Assembly: GCA_050613775.1 (NCBI GenBank)
Contig: JBODTK010000011.1
Location: 62,001-126,000, forward strand
Reading direction: 5' to 3'
DNA from: Neocallimastix sp. 'constans'
Lineage: Eukaryota
DNA: 64,000 nucleotides
The position numbers and the translations under genes are program-made. Shown here one piece after another: positions 1-12,001 of this stretch. The notes under the pieces are model-generated. The model did not search any database. It had not been told where the DNA came from and was given only the letters and a program-made list of their open reading frames with translations. How positions within the stretch are numbered: position 1 is the first letter of the stretch; every line of letters begins with the position of its first letter.

Positions 1-682
1 TACTTAACAATCTAAATATTTAAAACTAACCAAAATTATTTTTATCCTTAATCGTAACAAAAACACAAAAAAACAAAACTTAACAATTTATTAAGAGAAT
101 AATTTAATTTTACTTATTTATTTAATTATTTAATTATTCTAATTAAAAATATTTAATAATTCATTCTCGAAAAATTAAAAGAAAAATATAAAAATAAAGT
201 TGAAAGAAGAGGAAGAACTAAAGTATTGTTTTACTTTGTTCTTTTTATATCTTTAAAACATTTATTTGAATGGAGTAAAAATAAAAATATAAAATATAAT
301 AAAAATATAATAACAAAAATATATTAATTTTATAATAATAAAATATAATAAAATATAATTTTAATATAATATTTAATATAAGATAATAATAAAAATATAA
401 TATAATAAAGTATAATAAAAATTTTATAATAAAAATATAAATAATAATAAATATAATTTTAATTATTTATAATAAAATATCTAATTGTTTACTATTACAA
501 TATTAAATAAATACAATTAATACATTATTTTAAATAATTTAGTTATTTATACATTATTTAATTTCATTATTATATATTTTAATACTTTAATATTTTATTC
601 TTATTTATTCATTAATTAACCTTAATAGTTTATTTAATTTTTTATATATTTTTTTATTTATTATTTGTATCGTAACACAAAT

Positions 683-1687
683 TGATACGGGCTGGGGTTG
701 AAACACTAAGATATTCAAAACAAAAAAAAATAAATATTAACACATAACTATAAAAATAAATTTGGAAACAAGAAAAAAAAATTAAATTTTAAAATATTCT
801 TTATTTAAATTTAAAATTAAAATTATTTGTTCCAAGTATTAAAAAGAAAGAAATTTATTCTTCTTTTTATACTTTTATTTTAATATATTTTATTTATTAT
901 TAATATATTCTTTATAAAAAAAAAACTATTATAACTATTTTATTTTAATTTTTAACTATTATTTTAAATTATTTTTAAAAAAAATAACATTTATTAAATT
1001 AAAATATAAAAATTAATTTAGAGATTGTATCACGAAGGGCATTCCGGGTGGTAGCTTCTTCTTGATATTGTTTTCAAAGAGAGAATTATACAGAATTGAT
1101 ATTTTCTGTATTTTAGATCAATTTTATAATTGAAATTCTTCTGTATTTTAGTTCATTTTTATTTTAATAAAGATTTAATTTATTTTTGATTTTTGTTTTA
1201 TTTTTAGTTTATTTCAAAGGTTTAGAAAATATTATACAGAAACTTATAATTCTGTATTTTATATCAAATATTTATTGAAATAGTCTTTTATTATACTTAA
1301 TTAAAAATATGAATTTAGTAATGATTTAAATTTTATATAATTTTTAATAAGAATATTTAGTAATAATTTTATTATATTTGATATTAAAAGATTTTTATTA
1401 GAATATTTAAAAATAATTTTTATTATATTTAATATTAATAAAAGATTTTAAAAGAATATTTAATAATAATTTTTATTATATTTGATATTAATAAAAGAAT
1501 ATTTAATAATAATTTATATTATTTTTAATATTAATAAAAGAAATTTATAAGAATATTTAATAATAATTTTTATTATACTTGATATTAATAAAAGATTTTA
1601 ATAATAAGATTTAATTATAGTTTTTATTTTATTATTATTATAAGTATTTAATAGGAAATACAAGGTATTTAGTGACACCCCGTATCA
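683..1687. mobile_element. TGATACGGG-family element copy 1 (solo LTR or non-autonomous TIR element)
   Basis: Perfect 9-bp terminal inverted repeat TGATACGGG...CCCGTATCA; 4-bp TSD AAAT (679-682 / 1688-1691); homologous end to end with 7624-8938 and 9812-11111; no ORF; internal ~54-bp AT-rich tandem repeat. Confidence 0.9.
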
Positions 1688-1691
1688 AAAT

Positions 1692-2115
1692 TGATAAATA
1701 ATAACTATTATGTTTATTTATTAAAATTATATATATTTATATATAAAATACTTTTTAATTTCATTATAAAAATTTATGATATAAAAAAATAATAGATTAT
1801 TATTAGTATTATATATAAACTATTAATAATTCTTAATATTTTATTATTATTTCTAAAGAATATTTTATTATAAAATTATAATTATTATTTTATTATTATT
1901 ACTGATTGGATATTATTGTTACACCAATTTTAGAATATAAAAATAATTATTTTAAAAAAATATTTTTAATCTCTCTCTTTTGAATAAATAAAATTTTTTA
2001 ATAATATTAAATGAAAGAATAATTAAAATAAATATAATATACTTATATATAGTATAATCAAATTTTTATATAAAATTTAATAATAAATAAATCTATTTAT
2101 AACCAAGATTTATTA
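1692..2115 (+). repeat. Putative 5' LTR of Gypsy element 1
   Basis: Ends TGATAAAT...ATTTATTA (7/8 inverted match, CA>TA), followed 2 nt later by a TGG-starting PBS and then gag; no partner 3' LTR found in the window. Confidence 0.6.
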
Positions 2116-2117
2116 AG

Positions 2118-2126
2118 TGGTGGAGA
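2118..2126 (+). promoter_or_regulatory. Primer binding site, tRNA-Ala-like
   Basis: TGGTGGAGA is complementary to the ...UCUCCACCA 3' end typical of tRNA-Ala and lies between the LTR and gag. Confidence 0.6.
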
Positions 2127-2202
2127 ACCACTCTTACCCCAGAAAGCTTAATTATATAACACACAATTCCCCATATTCTTAAATTATCTACCGTTTTATT
2201 TT

Positions 2203-2954
2203 ATGTCTTCAAAAACAATAAAAAAAAAAATGATTATGAAAAAGCCACTCTCATGGCTAAAGAAATTGCCGCTCTAGGAAGAAGAGATACTAAATTCTTC
2301 CGTTGGAAGATGAAAGTAGAAGATATCTTCGAAGATTTATCTCTTTCAGAAAAAGAAAAAAGAAAATCGTGATACTAGCTACCTATGGCAAAACTAAAGA
2401 TCGTAGTATTGATATATATTACGAAAATAAAGACCTATCACTTTCCGATTTTATTTCAAAAATAGGGGAATCATTTAGTAATAGCAAAATATCGAATGCT
2501 AATTTACATAAACTCGAAGCTATAGAAATTAGTAAATACTCCGTTAAAGAGTTTAATAAAATATTTAAAGAATTGTTATTAGAAATATCCGAAAGAGACA
2601 AGCCAAATGAAGAAAGATTGAGATTCTTATATAAAAAAGCTTGTAAGAAGAGAACCCCTGTTTTTAACGCGTTATTGACCATGCAACCAAAATCATTAAA
2701 AGATGCATACGATATTGCATTGAAGGTCGAAGAAACTATTGAACCTTATGTAAGCGATGATGAATACGATAGTACACAATTCAACAGAATACCTAAAAGA
2801 AGAAGCTTCATCAGAAGGAAACAGAATAACTTATAACTTATCAGAAGATAAATTCAATAAAGTTGAGAAAGATCGAAAGAAAATAGACAAGGATGTTCAA
2901 GAATCCGATCTAGAAGCTTTGACCAAAAGCTTCGCTGAGATGAAGATCCAATGA
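2203..2954 (+). pseudogene. gag: Gypsy gag, frameshifted
   Basis: ORF pieces 2303-2836 and 2757-2954 with capsid-like '...SVKEFNKIFKELL...PKSLKDAYDIALKVE'; ATG at 2203 is followed by an A-run frameshift; lies upstream of the protease. Confidence 0.7.
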
Positions 2955-2973
2955 CTTCCTTAGAACTATTCTT

Positions 2974-5900
2974 ATGCTAGATAACAAGAAGGAATATGAC
3001 CTCTTTGAAGCCCTCAACAATTCAAATGCCGAAATAACTTTTGCTCAACTATTTGCCGTTAGCCCCCTATTAAGACGTTTATGCATTAAGGGTTTAAAAT
3101 TAAACCCTAAAGATATTAGAAAAATCAATTCCGTTCACCATACAAACCTAGACGAAAATGACTCCGATTTTCTTATAAATGTTTTTAAAAATATTTACAC
3201 TGATTATAAAAGTACTACTCCTGTAAGTGAAAAAGTAGTTGAACTCAATTTAAATGACCTTAGCACAAAAAGAATAAATCTAATAAATAAAGCAAATATC
3301 GCCACTGTGATTGGTTCTATTGATAAACATGTCGTGAAAGTACTAGTAGATACAGGAGCAGAAGTAAACATCATTAACAAGCCTTTTTTTGAATTAAATA
3401 CTAAAAATCATAAAGTTCATATTCTTGAAAGAAACTACTTTAAAGTCCCTGGAAAGAATATGACCTCCACTAATCAAGTTATTAATTTAAGCTTAAAATT
3501 TGAAAATCTTGTCATTAATGCTCCCTTCTATATATTGGATGACGACGACCCTTCTTATGATATTATCATAGGTCGCCAAGTTCACAAAGATTACCGTTTG
3601 TTCGTCTATCCAGACGATGATGCCCTGTATATGAAAACCGACACTAATCCAGTACTTGTAGCCTATCCAACTGATATCACTACATCAAATAGATTATTTA
3701 GAATCTCTATTTATAGTAATCCAGATGAATTCCCCACTTATTCTGAACTTCCTGATGGTGGTATTGAACTTAGTGATATTGATAACATAAAACTTAAATA
3801 ATCTTATTGACAAATATAAAGATATACTTATAAATTCTATTGATGATGTATCCATTGCTAAAGCTGAACCACATACAATAGAACTTACTAATGAAAAACC
3901 GATTAAATTAAGACCCTACAAAATCTCACTGGAACAATCCAAGGCCCTCAAAGATGAAATTATTAAGTTATTAAACCATGGATTAATTGAACTGTCACAT
4001 TCACCTTGGTCGTTCCCAGTCATACTTGTACGTAAAAAAAATGGTAAATGGCGTATGTGTGTCGACTATCGTCGACTTAACCAAATTATTATAAAAGATG
4101 CATAAGCTCTCCCCTTCATTGATGAACTTTTGGAATCGGTCCACGGAGCTAGGTTTTTCTCTGCTATCGATCTATTCTCAGGGTTCCATCAAATTCCAAT
4201 GAACCCAAAAGATGTTGAAAAAACGGCATTCACGACAAAGTTTGGAAATTTCAATTTCTTAGTAATGCCATTTGGACTCACTAATGCTCCTGCTACCTTC
4301 CAACGTGATGAATCGTATTCTTATGCTAATAATAGGTGTTTGTCTTTACTTATATATGGATGACATTCTCGTCTACTCTCCAACATTCGAACAGCATCTC
4401 CAAGACTTAGAAAAATTATTTATCATTTTGAGAGATAATAAATTCTCTATAAACCTCGAAAAGTGTTCGTTCTGTAAAGGTTCAGTTGAAGTTATTGGCC
4501 ACATGCTCACCAGAGAGGGCATTAAGCCTATGACCTCTAAAGTTCTTGCAATAGCCTCGTGGAATACTCCTAAAGACGTTACTCAACTTCGTTCCTTTCT
4601 AGGCCTTATCAGTTATTACCGGAAGTTTATCCCAAATTTTGCAGGTATTTCTAACTGCTTGTTTAAACTTACTAATCCAAATAAGCCATTTCACTGGACA
4701 AACATCCATACTGACGCCTTTAATAATCTTAAAAATGTCATTTGTTCAAATTCGGTCATCTACACCTCCCACTGATCATACGGACTGATGTATCCTCTTA
4801 CGCTGTTAGTGCTGTTTTGTTACAAGTCCAAGACGATTCTAACATAGAATTTCTCATTTATTGTGTAAGCCGCTGTTTAAAAGATGCTGAAACCCACTAA
4901 TCTGTCACTGAAAAAGAAGGTATTGCGGCTATCTTTGCTTTAAAGAAGTTTCGCTCTTATATAGCCGCTTCTCCTTTTCCAGTCAATATTTATACTGACC
5001 ACAAACCTTTGGTTGGTTTTTTTTATAATAGTATTCCCAGCAAAGACCGTCATTTTAGGTGGATTTCAATTTTTAATGAGTTTAGAGTTAATTTAATTTA
5101 TGAAAAAATAACGTTTTTGCAGATGCTCTGTCTCGTTTACCTTCGCGTATTAGTTCTATTAAATCTATCCTTACTGATAGCGATGACACCTCTTCCTTTG
5201 CTCCTCCCCAAATCATTGAATATATTAAAAATAATTACTCTTTATATAATGGGCAACTTGTTTTCCAAGACGAAAATGGTAAATTTTTAAAAGTGATAGA
5301 GAACGATTCTACTAAATCCTCTTTAATTCGTAAGGCTCATCCTATGGGCCATGAAGGTGCCGAGAAAACATTCAAAAGACTAAAAGAAACGTACTACTGG
5401 CCAGACATAAGAAACGATGTAAATAATCATGTTAAAACATTTTTACGTTGCCAATGCTATCGTCCGAAACTCATAAGCAAAAACCTCTCGAATATTCCCA
5501 CTCCTGTTGAAAGACCCTTCGTTAGAGTTGGCCTTGATATCGTAGGACCTCTACCGATTACAGATAAAGGGAATCATTACTTAATCGTACTAGTAGACTA
5601 CACTACTAAATGAGTAGAGGCATCGCCTTTAAAGAAAATAGAAAGTCAAGATGTAATTAGCTTTCTTAAAGATGTTTTTGCAAGACACGGTGTGCCTGAA
5701 CTAATAATAACAGATAATGACATGCAATTCTCGTCGGATGTCACTAAAACAATGGTTGATTTATATGGTTCGTGGATTCAGTTTGTTGCTCCTCACCATC
5801 CAGAAGCTAATGGACAGGTCGAGAACAGGAACAGAGAAATTATTAAAATACTAAGACATCTCTGTCTTTATCAAACAAATTGGGATAATTATATTCCAGC

Positions 5901-6354
5901 TTCCCTATGGTCACTTCGAACTTCTAGGTCTAACGTAACAGGTTTCAGTAGTTTTGAACTCTTATATGGTAGGAAAGATCTATGGCCATTGAGTGTTGTT
6001 ATTCCTGACATTGCCAAAAATAAAAATGAATCTGAAGATGAATATAATTTAAGAAGATTCATTCGCCACCAAAAATGGGTAAAAGAAGCCATGGAAAACA
6101 TAAAGCAAGCTCATTCTTACTGGTTTCAAAGAAGCAAAGCAGTCGATAGTATGAACCATACCTATAAACCTGGTGACTTAGTTCTAGTTCGCTACATTGG
6201 GAGAAAGAAATTAGATCCATTTTTCATTGGACCATTTAAAGTGATTAAGGCTTCTAAATTTAATACACTTGTTTTAGAAACTATAGATACTCACAAAATA
6301 CTAGAAAGAAATGTCCATGTTAAGAATGTTAAACCCTACTTAGCTTCAATATGA
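2974..6354 (+). pseudogene. pol: Ty3/Gypsy pol (PR-RT-RNaseH-IN), several stops and frameshifts
   Basis: Protease [46 protein letters not shown]; RNase H YTDHKPL; integrase H..GH, RVGLDIVGPLP, HPEANGQVE, GPFKV; Gypsy domain order. Confidence 0.95.
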
Positions 6355-6631
6355 TCGTTCAAATTTTCTTTAAAAAAAAAAAAGAAAATTTATTATGTTC
6401 TAATAAATTTTCAATTAATGTAATTATATTAAAAATAAATAATACAATAAATATTATTATTTCTTAAAAATAAATTGTAAATTATTTTTTTTTTATTTTT
6501 ATAATCTCTTCAAAATTTGTAATATTTAAAGTATTATAAACTAAATATAAATTATTTTCAATTAAAATTTTAAAATTATTCAATTTTTATTATATTGGAA
6601 CTACCGCAGTAAACCAATATATTTTTAACTT

Positions 6632-6855
6632 TCTTCAAGTTCGAAAATCCTTTTTCGACACCCAAGAGAGTTTATTTTAAATAATTTTTATATATTTATT
6701 CCTTCAAGTTCGGCACTCTCTGTCCGACACTTAAGGATTAAAAAAAAATTATTATACTTACCTTCAGGCTCATCACTCTCTGGCTGACCACCTAAGGATT
6801 TTTTTAAAATTAAAAATATTATTTGTTAGGCTCGAAATTCTCTTCGACTACCTAA
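6632..6855. repeat. Array of four imperfect GC-rich hairpin units separated by AT-rich linkers
   Basis: Units 6632-6667, 6701-6736, 6761-6797, 6826-6855, period ~60-70 bp; each is self-complementary. Confidence 0.8.
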
Positions 6856-7069
6856 TTAAAAAAAAAATAATTATTATATTGAATTCATTTTAAAATAATT
6901 CAATTTTTAGCAATTCAATTTTAAATTTATATATATATTATTTTTGCTTAAATTATTACTAAAATTTTATAATTAAATTTTGAATTTCTTTGTATTACTA
7001 TTATGATTATTTATTTTTATATTATATTTTATTCTATTATTTTTCTTATCTACTCATCAATGTTTTCAC

Positions 7070-7089
7070 ATTCCCCGATATCTCCACCA
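7070..7089 (-). promoter_or_regulatory. Primer binding site (tRNA-Ala) of a minus-strand LTR element
   Basis: Minus strand reads TGGTGGAGATATCGGGGAAT, complementary to a tRNA-Ala 3' end; an LTR-like terminus (TGTTG on +) starts at 7097; same motif as 62628. Confidence 0.75.
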
Positions 7090-7623
7090 ATTTTTATGTT
7101 GAGGTTCATATTGGAAAAGGAGTGTGAACATTAATAAATAGATAATTTATTAAACTAACTACTAAATTACACTAAAAGAAATTATTACTACAAATTATAA
7201 ATTTTATTTAAAGAATTATTATTAAAAATATTTATTATTTATAAATTATATAATTATTTTATTGTTAAAAATACTTTATTAATATTAATATATATTTTTA
7301 TTACAATATGGGAAACCTTTCAATTATTACTATTCCTAATTCATTTTTACTACTATTTCTAATTCTTTTCTCAAAAAGGCCCCCTCATAAAAAAATATGG
7401 ATTATACATATTTTTATATAATTTAATTACATTATTAAATCCAATCATATAAATTAATTAATTACATAAATTAATATTTAAAATAATAAAATATAATAAA
7501 TATGGAAAATTATTAATATAGAATATAAGAAAATTATTAATAGTAAAGAATATAATAATATATTTTTATATAATAAATTATCAAGAATTTAATTAAAAAT
7601 ATCATTATTCTATTCTTTATCAA

Positions 7624-8938
7624 TGATACGGGCTGGGGTTGAAACTCTAAGATATTCAAAACAAAAAAATAAATATTAACACATAACTATAAAAATAAGT
7701 TTGGAAACAAGAAAAAAATTAAATTTTAAAATATTCTTTATTTAAATTTAAAATTAAAATTATTTGTTCCAAGTATTAAAAAGAAAGAAATTTATTCTTC
7801 TTTTTATACTATTATTTTAATACATTTTATTTATTATTAATATATTCTTTATAAAAAAACTATTATAACTATTTTATTTTAATTTTTAACTATTATTTTA
7901 AATTATTTTTTAAAAATAAAAATAACATTTATTAAATTAAAATATAAAAAATTAATTTGGAGCTTGTATCACGAAGGGCATTCCGGGCGGTAGCTTCTTC
8001 TTGATAATGTTATTCAGAGAGAGAATTATACAGAATTGATATTTTCTGTATTTTAGATCATTTTTATTATTGGAATTCTTCTGTATTTTAGTTCATTTTT
8101 ATTTTAATAAAGATTTAATTTATTTTTGATTTTTGTTTTATTTTTAGTTTATTTCAAAGGTTTAGAAAATATTATACAGAAACTTATAATTCTGTATTTT
8201 ACATCAAATATTTATTGAAATAGGTTTTTATTATTCTTAATATAAAAATAAGAATTAGTAATGATTTAAATATTATATAATTTTTAATAAGAATATTTAG
8301 TAATAATTTTTATTATATTTAATATTAATAAAATATTTAATAATTATTTTTATTAGATTTGATATTAATAAAAGATTTTAATAAGAATATTTAATAATAA
8401 TTTTTATTATATTTAATATTAATAAAAGAATTTTATAAGAATATTTAATAATAATTTTTATTATAAAAGATTTTAATAAGAATATTTAATAATAATTTTT
8501 ATTAGATTTGATATTAATAAAAGATTTTAATAAGAATATTTAATAATAATTTTTATTAGATTTGATATTAATAATTGATTTTAATAAGAATATTTAATAA
8601 TAATTTTTATTAGATTTGATATTAATAAAAGAATATTTAATAAGAATATTTAATAATAATTTTTATTATATTTAATATTAATAAAAGATTTTAATAAGAA
8701 TATTTAATAATAATTTTTATTATATTTGATATTAATAAAAGATTTTAATAAGAATATTTAATAATAATTTTTATTATATTTAATATTAATAAAAGATTTT
8801 TATTAGAATATTTAATAATTTTTATTATATTTGATATTAATAAAAGATTTTAATAAGAATATTTAATAATAATTTTATTTTATTATTATTAAGAGTATTT
8901 AATAGGAAATACAAGGTATTTAGTGACACCCCGTATCA
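7624..8938. mobile_element. TGATACGGG-family element copy 2
   Basis: 9-bp TIR; 4-bp TSD TCAA (7620-7623 / 8939-8942); expanded internal tandem repeat. Confidence 0.92.
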
Positions 8939-8942
8939 TCAA

Positions 8943-9797
8943 TGTAAGAAACTCTAATAAAAAGAAATTTTTTATAAGAGTTTATTTTTTATATTGATTG
9001 AGTTTATTATTAAAAAAAAATAAAGAGAAATACTTATATTTAAATAGACGAAAATTAGAAAAAGTAGAAGACTCGTATATAAAAATAAGTTTTTAAAACA
9101 CAAAATTTTATTAAAAAAAATTTTAAACTTTAAATTTTAGGTTATTATTATTTTTAATATTTATCTTTATTAATATTTTTAATAATAATAACTCTTGATT
9201 TCTGTTTTTTCAGAAATCAAGAGTTATTTTATACTTTTTTATTTATTAATTAATCTTATTTTATATTTATTTATTATTATTATTTTTTTATCATGTGTCT
9301 GTTTAATTAATTAATTATTATTATTTTTTTTTTTCATGTGTTTATTTAATTAATAATTATTTAATATAATATATTAATTATTTCTTAATTAAGCTATTGT
9401 TTGCTAGTCAGCTGTTATATCTTCAGGAAAAGACTAGCAGAAAAACCTGAAGATTTTCTTAATTGTATTAAATTAGAACGAATTATTTCAAAGAAATTTA
9501 TTATTTAATTTAATTTAATTATTATTTAATATTATTGTGAAAATAATTTTAGAATATTAAATATTAATTTTAATTTATTTATTATTTAATATTATTGTGG
9601 AAATTATTTAGAAGAATTTTAAATTTTAAACATAATTGTATTTGTGAAAATTCTATTATTATTTTTTAATATTTAATATTATTATACTTACGTATTTTAA
9701 TTTTTTAATTAATAAAATTTATATTTAGATTAATTTGTAATTAATAAAATTTATATTTAGACTAAGAAATATAGAAAATATTTCTATATTTCTTACA
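8943..9797. mobile_element. Solo LTR (TGTAAGAAA...TTTCTTACA family)
   Basis: Perfect 9-bp TIR; 5-bp TSD ATCAA (7619-7623 before the copy-2 insertion / 9798-9802); a related 3' end occurs at ~55020-55060. Confidence 0.85.
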
Positions 9798-9811
9798 ATC
9801 AAAATTGTATA

Positions 9812-11111
9812 TGATACGGGCTGGGGTTGAAACACTAAGATATTCAAAACAAAAAAAAATAAATATTAACACATAACTATAAAAATAAGTTTGGAAACAA
9901 GAAAAAAAAAATTAAATTTTAAAATATTCTTTATTTAAATTTAAAATTAAAATTATTTGTTCCCAAGTATTAAAAAGAAAGAAATTTATTCTTCTTTTTA
10001 TACTTTTATTTTAATACATTATATTTATTATTAATATATTCTTTATAAAAAAAAAACTATTATAACTATTTTATTTTAATTTTTAACTATTATTTTAAAT
10101 TATTTTTTAAAAAAAAAAATAACATTTATTAAATTAAAATATAAAAAATTAATTTGGAGCTTGTATCACGAAGGGCATTCCGGGCGGTAGCTTCTTCTTG
10201 ATAATGTTATTCAGAGAGAGAATTATACAGAATTGATATTTTCTGTATTTTAGATCATTTTTATTATTGGAATTCTTCTGTATTTTAGTTCATTTTTATT
10301 TTAATAAAGATTTAATTTATTTTTAATTTTTGTTTTATTTTTAGTTTATTTCAAAGGTTTTAGAAAATATTATACAGAAACTTATAATTCTGTATTTTAC
10401 ATCAAATATTTATTGAAATAGGTTTTTATTATTCTTAATATAAAAATAAGAATTAGTAATGATTTAAATATTATATAATTTTTAATAAGAATATTTAGTA
10501 ATAATTTTTATTATATTTAATATTAATAAAATATTTAATAATTATTTTTATTAGATTTGATATTAATAAAAGATTTTAATAAGAATATTTAATAATAATT
10601 TTTATTATATTTAATATTAATAAAAGAATTTTATAAGAATATTTAATAATAATTTTTATTATAAAAGATTTTAATAAGAATATTTAATAATAATTTTTAT
10701 TATATTTGATATTAATAAAAGATTTTAATAAGAATATTTAATAATAATTTTTATTAGATTTGATATTAATAAAAGAATTTTATAAGAATATTTAATAATA
10801 ATTTTTATTATATTTGATATTAATAAAAGATTTTAATAAGAATATTTAATAATAATTTTTATTAGATTTGATATTAATAAAAGAATTTTATAAGAATATT
10901 TAATAATAATTTTTATTATAAAAGATTTTAATAAGAATATTTAATAATAATTTTTATTATATTTAATATTAATAAAAGAATTTTATAAGAATATTTAATA
11001 ATAATTTTTATTATAAAAGATTTTAATAAGAATATTTAATAATAATTTTATTTTATTATTATTAAGAGTATTTAATAGGAAATACAAAGTATTTAGTGAC
11101 ACCCCGTATCA
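9812..11111. mobile_element. TGATACGGG-family element copy 3
   Basis: 9-bp TIR; 4-bp TSD TATA (9808-9811 / 11112-11115); nearly identical to copy 2 outside the tandem repeat. Confidence 0.92.
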
Positions 11112-12001
11112 TATAGGTTGCTAAATTTCATCAGTGGAACCTGTTTGTACTATCATACTGGTCATACTAGTTGTTACTGGTTCGAATCTTACTTTTTCCT
11201 TTGTGGAAAATAATAATAAATTTTAATTAGATAAATAAATAATTAATTTTTGGATAAATCTATATTTAAATTAAATCAATGCTTAATAATAATTTATTTA
11301 ATCCATTATCTTGTATTCACTTATTTATAATAATAGTTAAATGTATTTTATTTTAATTATATAAAACAATCATGTAATAAACTAGAATAGATTTTTGATA
11401 TATAAATCCATGTATTTAATTTAATTTTGATTCCTTGAGTCGATATTAACATTTAAAATTAATAATAAATAAAATATGATATAAACCATAAATAAACAAA
11501 CAAACCAATATTAAATAAATAAAGCGTTTAGATAAATAAGTAAACAAATAAATATAATTTAAATAAATAATTTTCGAATTTATTTTATTTTTTATTAGTT
11601 TACCCACAACAACCTGGTGAGCATATCATAGAATTCGTTACACTAATATAAAAAGTGACAAATTAAATTAATATACTAAAATAGAATACAATAATATTAT
11701 TAGTAATTAATTTAAATAAATTAAAATATATACAAGATCATTAAATTCTGTTGATAAACATAAAATTTCATGTTTACAAACAAATAAAAGAAATTAATCA
11801 AATCATAAATGTTAACTTATTTTTAATAATTTATAAAATATAAAAAAAATAATAAATTATTATAATAACATTAAATTAAAAATTGCTATAAAAAACGAAT
11901 TAATCCTCCATTTTATCTTATCAATAATAAAATATTAAATAATTAGAAAATTATAATAAATTTGATTAAATTATTAAAATATAATAATAAAATTCAAATT
12001 T

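Noticed and set aside
6632..6855. CRISPR array
   Set aside because: Units are too divergent, spacers are low-complexity AT, there are no cas genes, and the context is a eukaryotic TE
683..8938. Copies 1 and 2 as the LTR pair of Gypsy-1
   Set aside because: Each copy has its own TSD (AAAT, TCAA), the outer flanks do not match, and the PBS follows a different LTR ending at 2115
9440..9490. Hammerhead ribozyme from CUGAAGA
   Set aside because: No properly placed GAAA, stem I or stem III; the motif is paired in pseudoknot stem 2
7624..11111. Copies 2 and 3 as LTRs of a TRIM/LARD
   Set aside because: Separate TSDs (TCAA, TATA), no PBS or PPT, and the interior is itself a solo LTR with its own TIR and TSD
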